Source of the DNA: Cycas panzhihuaensis
Taxonomy: Eukaryota > Plantae > Cycadophyta
Assembly (NCBI GenBank): GCA_023213395.1
Contig: CM041465.1
Coordinates: 157,239,741-157,303,740, forward strand
Length of the DNA stretch: 64,000 bases
Direction: 5' to 3'
Within the stretch, counting starts at the first letter, position 1. Each line of letters starts with the position of its first letter. The notes below the pieces were generated by a model. The model saw only the letters and a list, made by a program, of their open reading frames with translations. It was not told the origin of the DNA and did not search any database. Positions 1 through 14,000 of this stretch are shown in pieces. Position numbers and translations under genes: made by a program.

Positions 1-1275
1 TAAATATGGTCTGCTGTATAAACCTAATTCAAACTTCAAACTTTCTATATACACAGATTCAGACTTTACAAGAGATAAAGATACAGGAAGATCTACTTCT
101 GGGTATATAACGTTTCTTAGAACAGCGCCAATATCATGGAGATCTAGACGGTAGAAGATAGTTACAAATTTAACTGCCAAAGCTAAATACATTGCTGCTT
201 CTAAGACTAGTAAAGAGGTGATATGGCTTAGAAATTTATTAGAAACATTGAATATCACCTAAATAAGTTCTATCGACCTTTATGTGAATAATCAATCAGT
301 AATCTACATGGCAAAAAATCCTATATTTCATTATTGTACCAAACACATAAGTACGAAAATCCACAAGATTAGAGAACTTGTTCATGATGGCACAATTCAA
401 TTGGAATACTACCCCATAGCAGATTAAGTGGCTGATATTTTCACTAAACCACTACAAAAGGTGAAGTTTAAACAGTTTTGAAGGCAACTCAGCCTTAGGG
501 CCTCCATCTTTGACTAATCAAAGAAGATGGCAATAGAATCATCATATTCTATTCTCTTCGTGAAAACCCCTTGTGACCAAGGAAGAATAAGAGTAAGTCT
601 CTACTCTATTCTATTTGTGAAAACCCCATGTGGGCACAGAAGGATAAGGGTTGTACTAGTTTTGGAAAATCAGAACCTGTGAAAACCCAAAAGGGCATAG
701 GGGATGATCAAACGGTATATGGAGACTTAGCAGATTAAGCTGCACATTTAAGTTGCTTGGCTATCAGGTTACATCAAAGAGCCACCTTAGCTATTTTAAT
801 TTATAAAAGGGGCTATAGATCTTAGAAAGTTTATGCGTTTTTATTCCCCATAAGGGTTTTCCCATAAAAGTGTCATTTAGAATTTCAATGTAATAATAAG
901 GCTCAAATGAAGACCTCATAGAATAGATTTTCTCAAAATTTACCTTTCACCATTAAGGGGAGGATTGAAAGAGGTTACTGTGTCAAGGTTATTTGTGTAG
1001 ATTAATTATGTGACCTTAGGATATATTGTTAGTATTAGTCTCTTAATAAAATGCACTTTATATGCATTTAGATGTAATTTTGAGTTCATATCATTAGGCA
1101 AAAAATCCTAACCCTAATGCTCACCCTTAATAATAAAAGGTGAAATCTCAAGGAGGGAGTCATTATTCATTCACACCTCTAAGCTTGTTCTCATATCTCG
1201 TTTCATCTCTTTTTCATTCTCCATTGCTATTATATGCATGTGAGTGATTTATTCCCTAGATCCATCCTTCCTTCA
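1..1275 (+). mobile_element. 3' end of a Ty1/Copia LTR retrotransposon (RNase H, 3' UTR, PPT, 3' LTR); diverged relative of the element at 54143-61740
   Basis: 1-517 aligns base-for-base with the RNase H region at 60490-61009 (RSTSGYITFL...ADIFTKPL...LRASIFD*). PPT aagggggagga at ~954-964. LTR TGAAAGAGG...CTTCA at 966-1275. Confidence 0.9.
966..1275 (+). repeat. 3' LTR of Copia element
   Basis: TG...CA ends, follows the PPT, shares blocks (aaatgcactt, cctaacyctaatgctc) with the LTRs at 54143 and 61443; LINE ORF2 sequence starts immediately after it. Confidence 0.8.
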
Positions 1276-3265
1276 CTAAGTCAGGCTGACAAGATACAAT
1301 TGTTATCTAATGTGCTTCAGAGTATTCTAGTATATATATGATATCAGTCTTTAGGATCCTGACCAAAGTTATTATAATATTAGAATCAATTTAGAAGAGA
1401 TTTCTTTGGTCAAGGGTTGAAGAGAAGGAAATGGTTCATCTAGTTGCTTGAGAGAAAGTTTGTTAACCAAAATGAATAGGGGGTTTGAACCTTAAGAGAG
1501 TGGCAACATTTAACAAGGCCCCGATGGTGAAACTCAAATGGCATCTGGCTATGGGAAAAGGAGCACTCTCAGAAAGGATCTTATCCTAAAAATATCTCCA
1601 TGGTTAGAATTTTTTGTTGGAGCATCTTGGGACCCTTTTAGGATCTCCTATATAGAGAAGTATAAAATACTCTAGACAAACATTAGTTGCAGGTGTGCAA
1701 TGGAGACTAGGCAATGGAGCTTCCATAAATTTCTAAGAAGACATGTGGTGTAGGCTAGTATAATTGTCCAAAAAGGGAGATCTAGAGCCCTTAATGGAAG
1801 AATATATTAAAATTTATGGTACTAAGGTTAAAGATTATTGGGAGGGCTAATGCTAGACAAGAAGATGGAGATCATTTGAGGAACTTGAGAGGAACCTAAC
1901 CCTCAAGAATGTGATGGAGGAGCTTAGAAAAACCCTTGTGTAATGCTACATTCCCAAATTTAAAGTGGTTGATGATATGGTCTAGCTCCTATCCCCTTCT
2001 GGTGACTATACTGTAAAGAATGGGTATCTTTTCCTATGTCTAGAGGAAGGAGCACTCAATTCTCCTTTGTTGAACAAGGTTTGGAGGATGGGTCTAACTC
2101 CCAAAGTGGCAGTTTTCTAGTAGTTATGCCTAAAGAACAAGATCTTGACTATGGATAATATGTGAAGAAGGGGCTTTGTGATGGCTAATAGGTGTGTTTT
2201 ATGTTGTGAGAACAAGGAGTTAGTGGATCATATCCTCCTTCATTGCTCTTACTCTAGAAATGTTTGGAAGGTCATTTGGGCCAAGTTTGGGGTGGAATAT
2301 ATGACAATGAGAACTATTAAGAAGTAATTTATGGCTTGGGCCAGCCCTTTTAGAAGTAAGAATCTAGCGTACATATGGTAGATTACCATGCATGAGTGAG
2401 CACAGAACCTATAGAAGGAGGAGAATATGAGGGATTTTCAGGAGAAGAAGAGGGATGAAACTGATCTATCAGGATCTATTCGTAGTGATATCCTAGAACT
2501 AGTAAACATGCAACTAAAGAAGAGAGATTTATTATGGGTTCAGAAGAGATTGTCCTAAAATTTTTGGGAGTAGAAAAGGTGATTATTATACTTGAAAACA
2601 GAAAGAGGATATGTCCATGGGTTCCCCTCTCCCTTGAAAAACTGGATGAAAATTAACTTTGACAGGACTACTAAAAGAAACTCAAGGGAGACTGGGGGAG
2701 GTGGCATATGTAAAAATCTAGAAGGTGACATTTTGTGGGATTTTGTTAATTATTATGGTAGCTAAACAAACCATAGGGCTGAGATGTCAGCTATGAGGAG
2801 AGCGGTTGAGATGGCTCTTTAGGAAGACCATGAGAGGGTTATTATTGAGGGGGACTCCCTAAATATAATAAATATGCTTAGGGAGGAGGCTGCAACTGAA
2901 TGGAAATTAGCAACCATGATTAAAGATACTCAAAAAGTTCTTAGGAGCATAGAATATGTGAAGACTTCTCACATGTATAGAGAAGGGAATGGAGATGTTG
3001 ACAGACTGGATAATTAGGGTGTATCACACTAGAGAAATTACGTATAAAAAGAGGATTTCCCTTAGGAGGTTTTGAGTTAGGTGAAGGAGGATTTGAAATC
3101 CATAGTTTACATGGAGGATTAGAGCTATCCATTAGGCTTGTCGTGGTAAGGGGAGGATATGGGTTTATGATGTCGAGGATGGCAATTTTAATTATCGATA
3201 AGGTAACTTTGTAAAAAGGGTTAGGACTCTATAAACCCCTTCATTTATACCATACTAAAAAAAAA
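1276..3265 (+). mobile_element. Degenerate L1-clade LINE, 3' half of ORF2 (post-RT region, zf-RVT, RNase H), 3' UTR and A-tail
   Basis: Translates as LSQADKIQLLSNVLQSI..., NRCVLCCENKELVDHILLHCSYS, MKINFDRTTKRNSRETGGGG, VIIEGDSL, HMYREGNGDVDRL; collinear with 13510-15470; A-run at 3257-3265. Confidence 0.9.
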
Positions 3266-3591
3266 GTGGTTATAGCATCGATTAAGAAGTAACATATGTC
3301 ATAGGTTGAACATATTGACTAGAGCCAATATGATATTCTGATAGACAAGGTTAACAAGCCAAAGTAGATTAAGATACCCTCTCTAATTAAGAACTAATAA
3401 AATTTGATGAGTATAAGGGTAGATTTTACATCAAGGGAACAAAAGTAGAAGGAGCAACTTGAGTTCCTAAGGCATACAAAATCAAAGTTAAGAGTGCCCA
3501 ATTATAAGAAAGAGTGATTATGCAAGGGGGACTTAAGAATTTAGTAATAAAAGTATTATAACTTTAAATATAAATAATTAAAGATAAACTT

Positions 3592-3922
3592 TGGTAGGAC
3601 ACCACTCCTTCAATGACGATAATACACCAGTACAACACCCAGATAATACCAAAATAGAGCACTTGTATTGTAATACCCTTTGAGAGGGAAACTTTCCAAT
3701 CACATATAATAGCAATGATATTTAAGATACTACACTCTAAGGATTACATAAATACATATAGGGATTTATGGATACTACATAATCTCCTACTTATGCATGT
3801 GGGATATTAAGAAGAGAAAAGAAGCAGAAAAAATAAAAGATATAATAGAAGATAAGAGAGAGAAAAAGTAGAAGATATAAAAGAATATAAGAGAAAGTAA
3901 GTTAAGGGTTAGATCCCTAATA
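3592..3922 (-). repeat. 3' LTR of chromoviral Gypsy
   Basis: Direct repeat of 9957-10306; adjacent to the PPT. Confidence 0.85.
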
Positions 3923-3939
3923 ATTCCCCCTCTTTAAAA

Positions 3940-6900
3940 AATCTTTGCCCTTAAAACTTGTTGATCTTAGGATGCTAATAGATAAATTGTCCATTCTCCT
4001 AGGTTGCATCTTTTTATGGAAGTTATTTCTATTTAATAAGATACTTAATGATTTATCTAGATCATAGATGTTGGATTCTTCTATTGATGATGCATTTTGG
4101 AATGAGTTGATGTTGCCCCTACTCATTTGAGATAGGTAATTCTGTTTGAACTTATACCTACTTCCTAATTACCCTCTTAAGATATGAAACATAAAAGACA
4201 TTATGGATCCTTGATGGTGGTGGTAAGTCCAAGGCATATGCAACTTCACTAATATTTTTAAGAATTTTATAAAGTCCATAAAATTGATGTTGTAATTTAT
4301 GCAACCCATCCCTTTTGAGAGATGCCTACTTGTACAATTGCAACCATAAGTATACCCAATCACCTAGTTAAAATGCTTATTCACTTTGCCCTTTATCTGC
4401 ATATTATTTCATTTAATTTTGTGCAAGGTTTAGATTTTTCTTGAGTAGCTTGAGAATCTCTATTGTTTAGTAGATGTGGTTCTCAACTGCTTGAACCTTA
4501 GAATTGATTATGGCATAATTCTTATGTGTGGGTGGTTCATAGCTATATAATGCTTAGAATGGAGTCATTTCTATTTATGCATGATAAGTTATCTTATACC
4601 ATCATTCTGTTAAGGGAAGCCAATGATGATACTCACACTACTTGTCTAAAGCATAATAATAAAGGTGTCCTTTAAGGCACTTATTGACTACCTCAATTTG
4701 ACCATCTATTAATAGATGGTAGGATGAGCTCATTACCAGTTTAGTACCAAGCAAATAGAAGAGTTTCATCTAGAAGTTGCTAGTGAACTTTGGATCTCGA
4801 TTACTAACTATGTGTTTAGGCATGCCGTGCAACTTGTATATATCTTTTTAAATGATATTAGCAATTTGCTTTACGTTATATGTAGCTTTGATTCCATAGA
4901 AATGAGCACATTTAGTTAACCTATTAATAACCATAAGTATAGCATCCTTTTATTTTGACTTGGGTAGACTAATAATGAAGTCCATAGAAATTTCTTCCTA
5001 TTATTGATTTGGTATAGAAAAGGGTTGTTGCAGTCCTTGGGACTTAACTGTTCTTTTCTTATATCATTGATAAATTTCACATGAGAAAACATATCGCGTT
5101 AAATCCCTTTTTAGCCCTTCATATTCTTGTACCAAAGAATATTTGTGGACCATGTGTAGTGGGTTGAGTGCCATACCCTAGCTTAAAGGTCTTAAATAAT
5201 ATGCTTTATAAAAGGGTCGTGATCCCATTCTTACTTAGTGACTATTATCCATGAAGAATCGACCATGGTAATGGAATATAGTGCAAAGCCTTCTTCCTTA
5301 AAAGATAAAGCATCAGCCAATATATTATCCTTGCCTTTTTTATATATGATTTCAAAGACAAAAGCTCATATTTTAGCGACCCATTTGTTTGTTCTTCAAA
5401 TGTTGTCCTTTGAGCTAGAAAATATTTTAAGATGTCATGGTCTATTTTAATTTGGAAATGCATCCCCAATAAATATTATCACTATTTCTTGGAGAGAAAA
5501 TATAATTGTAGAAGCAATGTGATAATAGAACTTTAAACCATGCAAAGAACAAATAGCATAAGTCAAGCACTTAATAAAGAACACTAGGAGATTTAAGTAT
5601 AAGCATAGACATTTTATTAATCTGAGCAATAGCTCAAGAATTATAGAGATGAATAAACTCCAACTCTTCTCATCGACTCATCAAAGACTTATCCACAACC
5701 ATGTTACATGTTCCATTACATAAGAATATATAGACACAACATTATAAGATATTGCCTTGCAGTTTTACAACACAATGGACATAAACCACAGGCCAACAAA
5801 AACATCCATATTTTTTTCTATGGGGCTCTTGCCCCCAAACCCCCACCTAGAGGACCATTGACCCCCTAGGCCCCCTAGTTAGGGGCCCTATAACAGACCC
5901 TTAGACCCCACAAAGTATAACTCTTATACCCATATACCACTTGTAAAGTGTTCAACATATCTAATATTTCCTAACTGTATGAAAATTTATTAATATCTCC
6001 TTCTCATAAGTGGATTTGACTTGAGCCCTAGGTGTAAGTTGATGACTTTCAAAGGCTAAAGGTTTTTCTTCTTGTATTAAAACTACTCCAATGCCTTGCC
6101 CTTATGTGTCACATTTAATAATGAAGGTCTTTGTAAAGTCTAGTATTGCAAAGACTAAAATGGTAGTTAATGCCACCTTTAAGTGTTTAAATTCTTCAGA
6201 GGCCTTATCATTCCAATGAAAGAAATCCTTTTTTAATATGTTGGTTAAAGGGGAAGAAATCCTAGCATAACCCTAAACAAACTTTTGATAATACCCTTTG
6301 ATTCTTAAGAATCCATGAAGGTCCTTAATGTTTTTGGGTTTAGTCTAGTTTGTAATAACTACAATTTTCTTAGGATCCACCTTTACTCTTTCTTAGGAGA
6401 TAATATAGCCCAAATATTCTATTTCTATTTGTCTAAATTGACACTTCAATTTTTTGGCATAAAGTTAGTTGTCTACAAGCACCTATAATGTCTTATCAAT
6501 ATGTTGAAGATGGTCTTCCCAAGTACAATTAAACATCAGAATGTCATCAAAGAAGACTAACATAGACTTTTTAAAGTAAGGCCAAAAGAGTTTATTCATA
6601 AAGCCTTAAAAGGTGGTTGGGGCATTAGTCAGGCGAAAGGGCATGACTAAAAAATCATAATATCCTTTATGTTGATGAAATGCCATCATATGAACATCCT
6701 TTGCTTTGATCCTAATTTGATGGCATCTTAACTGCAAGTCCAATGATATGAAGAATGTTACTCTATAGAGCTTGTCTAAGAGTTTATCAATGATTGGAAT
6801 AAGAAATTTATCCTTGATGGTTATCTTATTGAGATTGCAATGGCCTACACATGTAAAATAAGCCATCCTTTTTTCTTATTATAATCACTGAGTCAGAAAA

Positions 6901-8680
6901 GGTAGTTTTACTTTCCCTAATAATACCAATATTAAGGAGTTCTTGAACTAGTCATTCAATTTCATTCTTTTATTAGTAGGGGTACCAATATGGTAAAATA
7001 CAAGGAGGATTGCTTCCGCTACTAGGTCAATGATATGATTTTGGTCATGTATAGTAGGAGACCTAGAGGAATATTATAAAAGACCTAGTTGTGGTGGTGA
7101 AGCACCAATTTTAAGTCATTTAGGATGCCATCATCTTAGAGAATGTCCCTTTCCATTAGAAGTTTCTAACCTTCCATAGCATAACATTTGGCAAACCACC
7201 CTTTTTAATGAGCTTCTCCATATGGTGTGAGTTGATGATTTGAGTTGGGAGAGGAATGATCCCATTCAATTGATGGTTGATTCTTTCATAAATAAATCAG
7301 ATGAAGAGCTCATGCATATTTAGTTGAATGGCTCCTAGTGGTTTAAGCTATTATATCCCTAGTAGAACATTGACTCCTCTAACATAAATGATATATATAG
7401 AAGTGGAGAGTTGATAGTCACCCATTTGTAACTTGATATTATGGAATCTTCCCCTATAAGAGAGTGTCCCTCCATTAGCCACCATAACCTAAAAATTTTA
7501 TACAGGATATGGAAAACAATTGAGTTCTTTAGCAAGTTTCTGATTAATAAAATTATGGGTACTCCTAGAATCTATGAGGATGAAGACTTTCCTTTTCTTG
7601 ATATACCCAATAAGTTTGAATGTTTATGGGACTATAATTTCCACATGGGCATGCATGGATATAGTAGCGGTATCTTCGTCTTCTTCCTTAGATAGGTCAC
7701 AAACATTATTTTCTAGCTCTAAGGGGACTTTTTATGTTGGCTTATCATCTTAGACATCCTCAATGATGAATAAATATCATTTAGGACAAGTATGTTCTTT
7801 GTTCTACATTTGATTGTAATGAATACATAAGCCTTTTAGCCATTTTTCATCCATCTCTTAGGAAGTCATTCATAGCATACCAGGAACCTAAAATTATAGT
7901 CACTTTTCTAGAAATGTTCATGAAAAGGATTAAGATACCTTATTTTTTGCTTTGATATATCAAGTAAAATTGATAGTTATAGAGGTGTTATCAAATTTTA
8001 GGAGACGCAACTCATCTCTGATGTCATCTCGTAACCCATTGATGTATAACTCAAGTAATTTATCCTAAGAGAGACCATCAACCCTTATGGAGAGACATTG
8101 ATATTCTATCATATAAGCCAAAATAATGCCCTTTTATATTACTTTAGCGAACTAATTAAAGTAATCATGATCCCAAGTACTATCATATTGAGTTTGAGGT
8201 CCTTAAGAAAACTCTCCTATTGATAATTGAACCCGCTAATTATTTTCATAATCCATTGGTATCATTGGTAGGGTTTAGTTTCCATGTGCAAAGAGGTAAG
8301 AGAGATCTCCTTATCAGCTAAAACCTAGTAAAGAGAAAAGAATTATTCCATTTAGGTGACCCAAGTGTACATATTTGTGCCATTAAATTTCTTGATTTCT
8401 ACCTTAGTAAGGAAGTTAGGACATAAGTGTCTACTATCATTATCTTCATCTTTCTTATTGAAGCAACCCTCACATATGTGAGTAGTGTCATCAAATTCAA
8501 TCTTTTCTTTAGACTTGTAATGGTTGCCTTCTTCTTTAGAAAGTTTCATAGTTGTGAGCTCTAGTATTACCCTTTCAAATTTTTTATTGAAGTCAATTTA
8601 GATTTGTAACATGTCTTCTCGAAATTGTGTAATAGCATCTTTAAGATCTTGAGTCCAGTTAGGATTCACCTTAAAGTCCA
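3940..8680 (-). pseudogene. gag-pol of chromoviral Gypsy, many stops and frameshifts
   Basis: RT fragment ORF 6606-6866; gag fragment 8352-8549 (KVEIKKFNGTNMYTWV); integrase and chromodomain motifs at 3950-5250. Confidence 0.85.
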
Positions 8681-9956
8681 TCTGTTTGTCAGACCTAAGT
8701 TGAATATTAGTTAGTAAATATAAATGAAAGGGGTTTGATGGGGTGTCTATAGACTATTTATCTCCAATGTTTTACAATTAGTTCTAAAACTTTATTTTAA
8801 ATTCAGAAGTAAAAAGGGGGTTAAGGCAATCTGGTTATAAAATGAGGAGTATATAAGCTTCTTATAGATTTTTGGGTCTCTTAGTTAGGTTCAAACCCTT
8901 GTAAGGTGAAATTCTCCCACTTTTGCAAAAAATTGGAAATCTAGATAGAGGATTTTTGGTCCCAAATTATAAGAGGATTCTACACCCAAATTTGGGAGGA
9001 AAATCAAGTTATTAGTGATGAGTTATGATCAAGAGAAGAAAAAATAGAATTTGGGAATTTCCAAGAATTCAATATGGAATTTGGGTAGGAGTCATCAAGG
9101 GAGATTTTATGTAGAATGATGTTTTGGATGGTCCTCTAAAGTTTTAAATGAAGTCGAGCTCCTTGTAATGAGATATCTCCTTTTTGGTGAAATTTTTTGG
9201 ACTTTTTTAATCTCTTATAATCAATTGACTAACTATGTGTGTATGAATTGATGATAAATTAGCTAGATACACTAGGTTTTATACATAATGATGACTAACT
9301 CATAGACTAACTAGGTACATATAAACCACTAATAAATTATCGAGGTACACTAGGTTTGGGATTGTATGATTTGTAGGCCCTCTGATATACTGATCCTAGT
9401 CATAAATAGTATCAACTTATAGAGGCTAATGCTCTACTCTATAGTTGTATTATACCATCTTTAGTGTATATAGAAAGTAACTTCCCAAGCTAACCACTTA
9501 TCAGTTCACTACAAATTACAAACGATCGATAAGTTTCACATAGTTACCTATACTAGGAATGCCTACCTAAAGGGTCTTCATATATACTTGCAGGTATGTG
9601 GAGGCATAATTATATAGCCAATTTCTGTCTAAGGCTTAGTTCAAGAGTGTGATCTTTAGTCTTTCATATAAGGGGTAAAATTTTCATGATATGCTTAGCC
9701 CAAAATGATAGTTCCTTATGATATTTATAGATCCCCATCATAGGGTTTATATTTAAATGTAGAGGAAAATTGCCAAGTGGTTGTGTCAAGGCAATTGCCC
9801 GATTATAATGTTGTCTACCCCTACAAAGTAGAAGTAACTAAGCAAAAATTTAAAATTAGAATAAATATTGATATGAATGAAATCGATAGAGAAAAAACTA
9901 ACTATTCAATACCTTCAAATCTCCCACAGACCGTGGATCAACTACTCTAATACACT

Positions 9957-10212
9957 TAAAAGGATACCACTCCTCCAATGATAACAACACACCAGCATAG
10001 CATCCAGATAAGACTAAAAGAGAGCATTTGTATTGTAATACCCTTTAAGGTGGCAACCACCCAATTACATACAATAGTAATGATATTCAAGATACTTCAC
10101 TCTAAGGATTACATAAATATATATAGGGCTCTATGGCCACTACACAACCTCATACTTGTGTATGTAAGATATTAAGAAGAGAGAAGTAGGAGAAATAGAA
10201 GATACAAGAGAA

Positions 10213-10247
<35 letters not shown>

Positions 10248-10306
10248 AGAAGTAAAAGATATAAGAGAATATAAGAGAAAGTAAGTTAAGAGTTGAAACC
10301 ATAAAA
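9957..10306 (-). repeat. 5' LTR of chromoviral Gypsy, containing a (GA)~15 run at 10216-10246
   Basis: Direct repeat of 3592-3922; adjacent to the PBS. Confidence 0.85.
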
Positions 10307-11048
10307 AACTTAATACTATAGGCCTAGGTGGAGTAGTTTCTATATGAGAAGGAGAAGGTGACTCAAAGAGTGTTAATTGAGAGTGAACTAAAGATTCACC
10401 TAAAGGATGTGAAGTATGGAAAGTCTCCTATTAAGGAACATTCTCTATGAAGATATTCTCTTCAGAGGGACCAAAAGCGTGATGCATACCTTTTATTGTA
10501 ATAGAAGTAAACATAAGGAGAAGCCTCTAGATTACTAAGAAAAATATAGCATTCAAGAAATACTTAGTTATAATGTATGATAAATGAAAATCAAGCTCAA
10601 AATAAATTCAAGTAGTATGAAAATAAGTTTATAAAGGGCCAAATAATGATCAAACTTTATACATTAAATTAAATTTAAAGGATGAGTAAAAAATCCTAAA
10701 TGATTATTTTTTGTAACGATGTCTAAATTAGGAACCCATCAATTTAAACAGTTCATAAAACATGTGTTATATAAGTGAGATATGGTTAAAAACGTAAAGT
10801 GATATTGTTAAAGAAATGTATTGAGATAACAAAAATTTTAAGATATGCATTATTAAATGTTGATTAAATGGGGTCATGCAACCACTCTTTTCATCCACAT
10901 GTGAATAAGGATCATGCCAATTTAGATAAAACACAAGGATCATATGAATAAAGATGGTGATGGAATAAATAGAGAATACAATTATCACAGTATAAGTGAG
11001 TTACAAATAAATTAACAATGAATATAGGTCATAAAAGAGTTGTTTTAG

Positions 11049-14000
11049 TGCGACAAGGGAAAAGGAAATAATGGCCTAAATCGACCTGGGGATCCAAAGT
11101 ACTCTTAAGGAAGGGGGTGTGTTTGAAGGCCCCCTCCTAAGAAGCAGGAAAGGATGATAGATACGGTTCTGACCATGAAAGTATTATCCTAGAACATTAG
11201 GGGTCTTAATGCACCATCAAAGCAAAGAGTGGTTAGGGAAATGAAACATAAAAAGGAGATGGAGGTATTCAAGAAGATTTGGAGGAGGGGGGAATGCTGC
11301 ACCTCAGAGGGACTAGCAGGCTCCAGGGGGTTGGCTTCTCTCTGGAATCCAGATTAAGTGGAAAGGTTCTGTGGTAGTCAAAAGTGAGCAATTTATCACA
11401 CTTGGATTGGTTTGTATGAGGACAAACAGACTTTGTTGGATAACCAATGTATACGACCCTACATCGATGGAGGGAAGGAAGAGGTTATGGGAAAGAATTA
11501 TGGAGGTACATAAGGAGTAGAATCGCCCTTGGCTGGTGGCTGGAGATTTCAATACGGCCCTTAACCCAGACGAAAAGAAAGGGGTTCAAGAGGGATGGTC
11601 TAGGTGTATGTCTGACTTTGGGGATTTCCTTCAATCTAGTGGTTTAATGGATATCCCCTTAAGGGGAGCCAAGTATACCTGGTCTAACAGGAGATTGGGC
11701 CATAGTCATATCCAGATCAAGTTAGACAGAATGTTATCAAATTATGAATGGACCTCTCAATTTGAGGATATCAAGCTAGAGGCTCTTCCAACAATAGCCT
11801 CGGACCATTCCCCTTTGGTTATGGAGTCTTCCTTTCTAGGGAAGTTAGGAGGGGTCCCATTCCACTTTGAATTAATGTGGCAACAACATCCTGATCTCAG
11901 AGTGAAGATTAAGAAATGGTGGGGACACTCGGTCCCAGGGTTTACCATGTTCAAATTTTTGAAAAAGCTAAACTGGGTTAAAAAATAGATTAAAATATAG
12001 AATAAGGAGATGTTCGGTAACATCTTCGAAGATAAGGTAATCATGTGGGAGGAGATGAAGAGGATAGAAGAAAGAATCCAAATTGAGGGTAGATCCCTGG
12101 ATTTGGATCAACTAGAACATTCTACCTCCAAAAGATTAGAGGAGGTTTTGGCTAGGGAAGAAATTCATTGGAAGCAGAAATCGAGGGAGCAATGGATTGA
12201 GGCGGGAGATAGAAATACTAAGTTCTTCCATATGTCAACATTAAAGCATAGATCTCATAATAAAATAAGCAAAATTTGCAATAAGGATAGAGTCCTGAAG
12301 GACACTGAAGATCGGATTAGAGGAATAGTGATGGATTATTTTAAAGAGCTATTTATTGAACCTGGGTGTCAGGATCCAGATTTAAGGACAAATCTGCTGC
12401 AACATATTCCGAGTGTACTAAGTGATGCCCAGAATAGGAAACTAATAGAACCAATATCTTCTAATGAAGTTGAGAAAGTTGTTTTCAAAATGGAGAGGGA
12501 TAAGGCCTTTGGACCGGATGGGTTTCTGCCTGGTTTCTTCCAGGAATATTGGGACATCATAAAAGACGACTTAATCTTGGCACTGAATGAGGTTTTTTAA
12601 AGGAAAACTATCTTGAAAGGATGGCAGGCCACCTTTTTAGTCTTGATTCCGAAAAAGGAGGGGGCATAAGCAATGGAGGACTTTAAGCCTATAAGCCTGT
12701 GCAATGTAAAATATAAAATTTTAGCTAAAGTATTGGCGAATCACCTTAGAGAGTGTCTACCGTTTATTATCCCACCCAACCAGGATGGGTTCGTGATGGG
12801 CAGACAAATAATAGATGGGATAATAACGGTTCATGAAATAGTTCATTCGACCTACCACAGAAAAGAAGAATGGATGATTATAAAAATAGACATGTCCAAA
12901 GTCGACGACCGGGTGGCTTAGGACTGTTTGTTGGAATGTCTCAAAGCATTTGGTTTTAGGGAGGTTTAGCGAGAGTGGATGAGATGTTGTATATCTAATA
13001 TCTCTTTTTCGATGATAATAAATAGTAGATCGACTCCCTCTTTTCTAAGTTTTAGGGGCCTGAGGCAAGGAGACCCATTGTCTCCCTTCCTCTTTATTAT
13101 AATGGCCAAAATGTTAGGAAGGGCTGCCAAGGCTGCTAAGAGATTAGGGTGGGTATCAGGCATGAAGCCATCCTCCAATCTGGAAAATATTGCCCATCAT
13201 CAGTTTATGGACAATAATATCTTTTTAAGTAGGGCATCCCTTGGTGAGGCTCGAGCCTTGAAGCATGGTCTCCAGGCCTATGAGAGGGCCTCAAATCATA
13301 GAGTCAACTTGGAAAAGAGCTCTGTCTTTTTCATTAATACCCCTAAGAGGCTTTAAAGATGGATAAGCATAATATTAGAGATTCCCATCAGAAATCTTCC
13401 CGCTTCTTACTTAGGGATGCCTCTCTTTATGGGTGGAATGCGCAAGAACATCTAGGATCAGATTGTGGGGAGGTTCAATAAGAAGCTGGCAGGATGGAAA
13501 GGGGCACTATTCAGCTAGGCGGGGAAGATTCAACTAGTTATGGCCTCTCTCCAGAGTATCCCAGTCTACCAAATGTCTTTATTTAAGATGTCGAGCAAGA
13601 TCATTTCAGCCCTCGAAGGTATAATGAAGAGATTTCTTTGGTCAGGGTCTGAGGTTAAAGACAAATTTCATCTGGTATCTTGGAAAAAGGTATGCAAGCC
13701 CAAGTGGGTAGGCGGGTTAAACGTTAGGAGACTGGGACTTCTTAATGAAGTGCTCCTAGCCAAAGTGGGATGGAGATTAGTCAAGGGGGAAGGAGCTTTG
13801 TGGGGGGAAATTATAGACATAAAATATTTGGAGGGTAAGCATTTCCTGAAGGACAAGGTGGGTGAGGTCTATGGATCTCCCATTTGGAATGCTATATGGT
13901 CTGCGAGAGTGATACTGAGAAACGGTTTATGATGGAAATTGGGAGATGGGGAAAGTATAAGATTCTGGGAAGATAGATGGTGTGGCTTCTATAGGTTGGA

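Larger units (their letters stand above)
3592..10306 (-). mobile_element. Complete but decayed chromoviral Ty3/Gypsy LTR retrotransposon
   Basis: Direct-repeat LTRs at 3592-3922 and 9957-10306; 5-bp TSD AACTT at 3587-3591 and 10307-10311; degenerate Met-PBS at ~9943-9954; PPT at ~3924-3936. Minus strand carries gag, PR, RT (KDKFLIPIIDKLLD...MPFRLTNAPTTF), RH, INT and a C-terminal chromodomain relic (YLIK*K*LP*KDAT*E). Confidence 0.9.

Noticed and set aside
5505-5915. Possible solo LTR or MITE interrupting the Gypsy RNase H region
   Set aside because: It looks like an insertion (TG..CA ends, GC-rich end), but I found no convincing TSD or second copy, so it is not called.
9400-9850. Possible antisense cargo in the chromoviral Gypsy leader
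   Set aside because: A TATA-like site is present, but no recognisable protein motif in the frames I read.
10712-11048. Possible older LTR (TGTAAC...) that might continue at 39857-40500
   Set aside because: No second copy, PBS or PPT in the window to support it.
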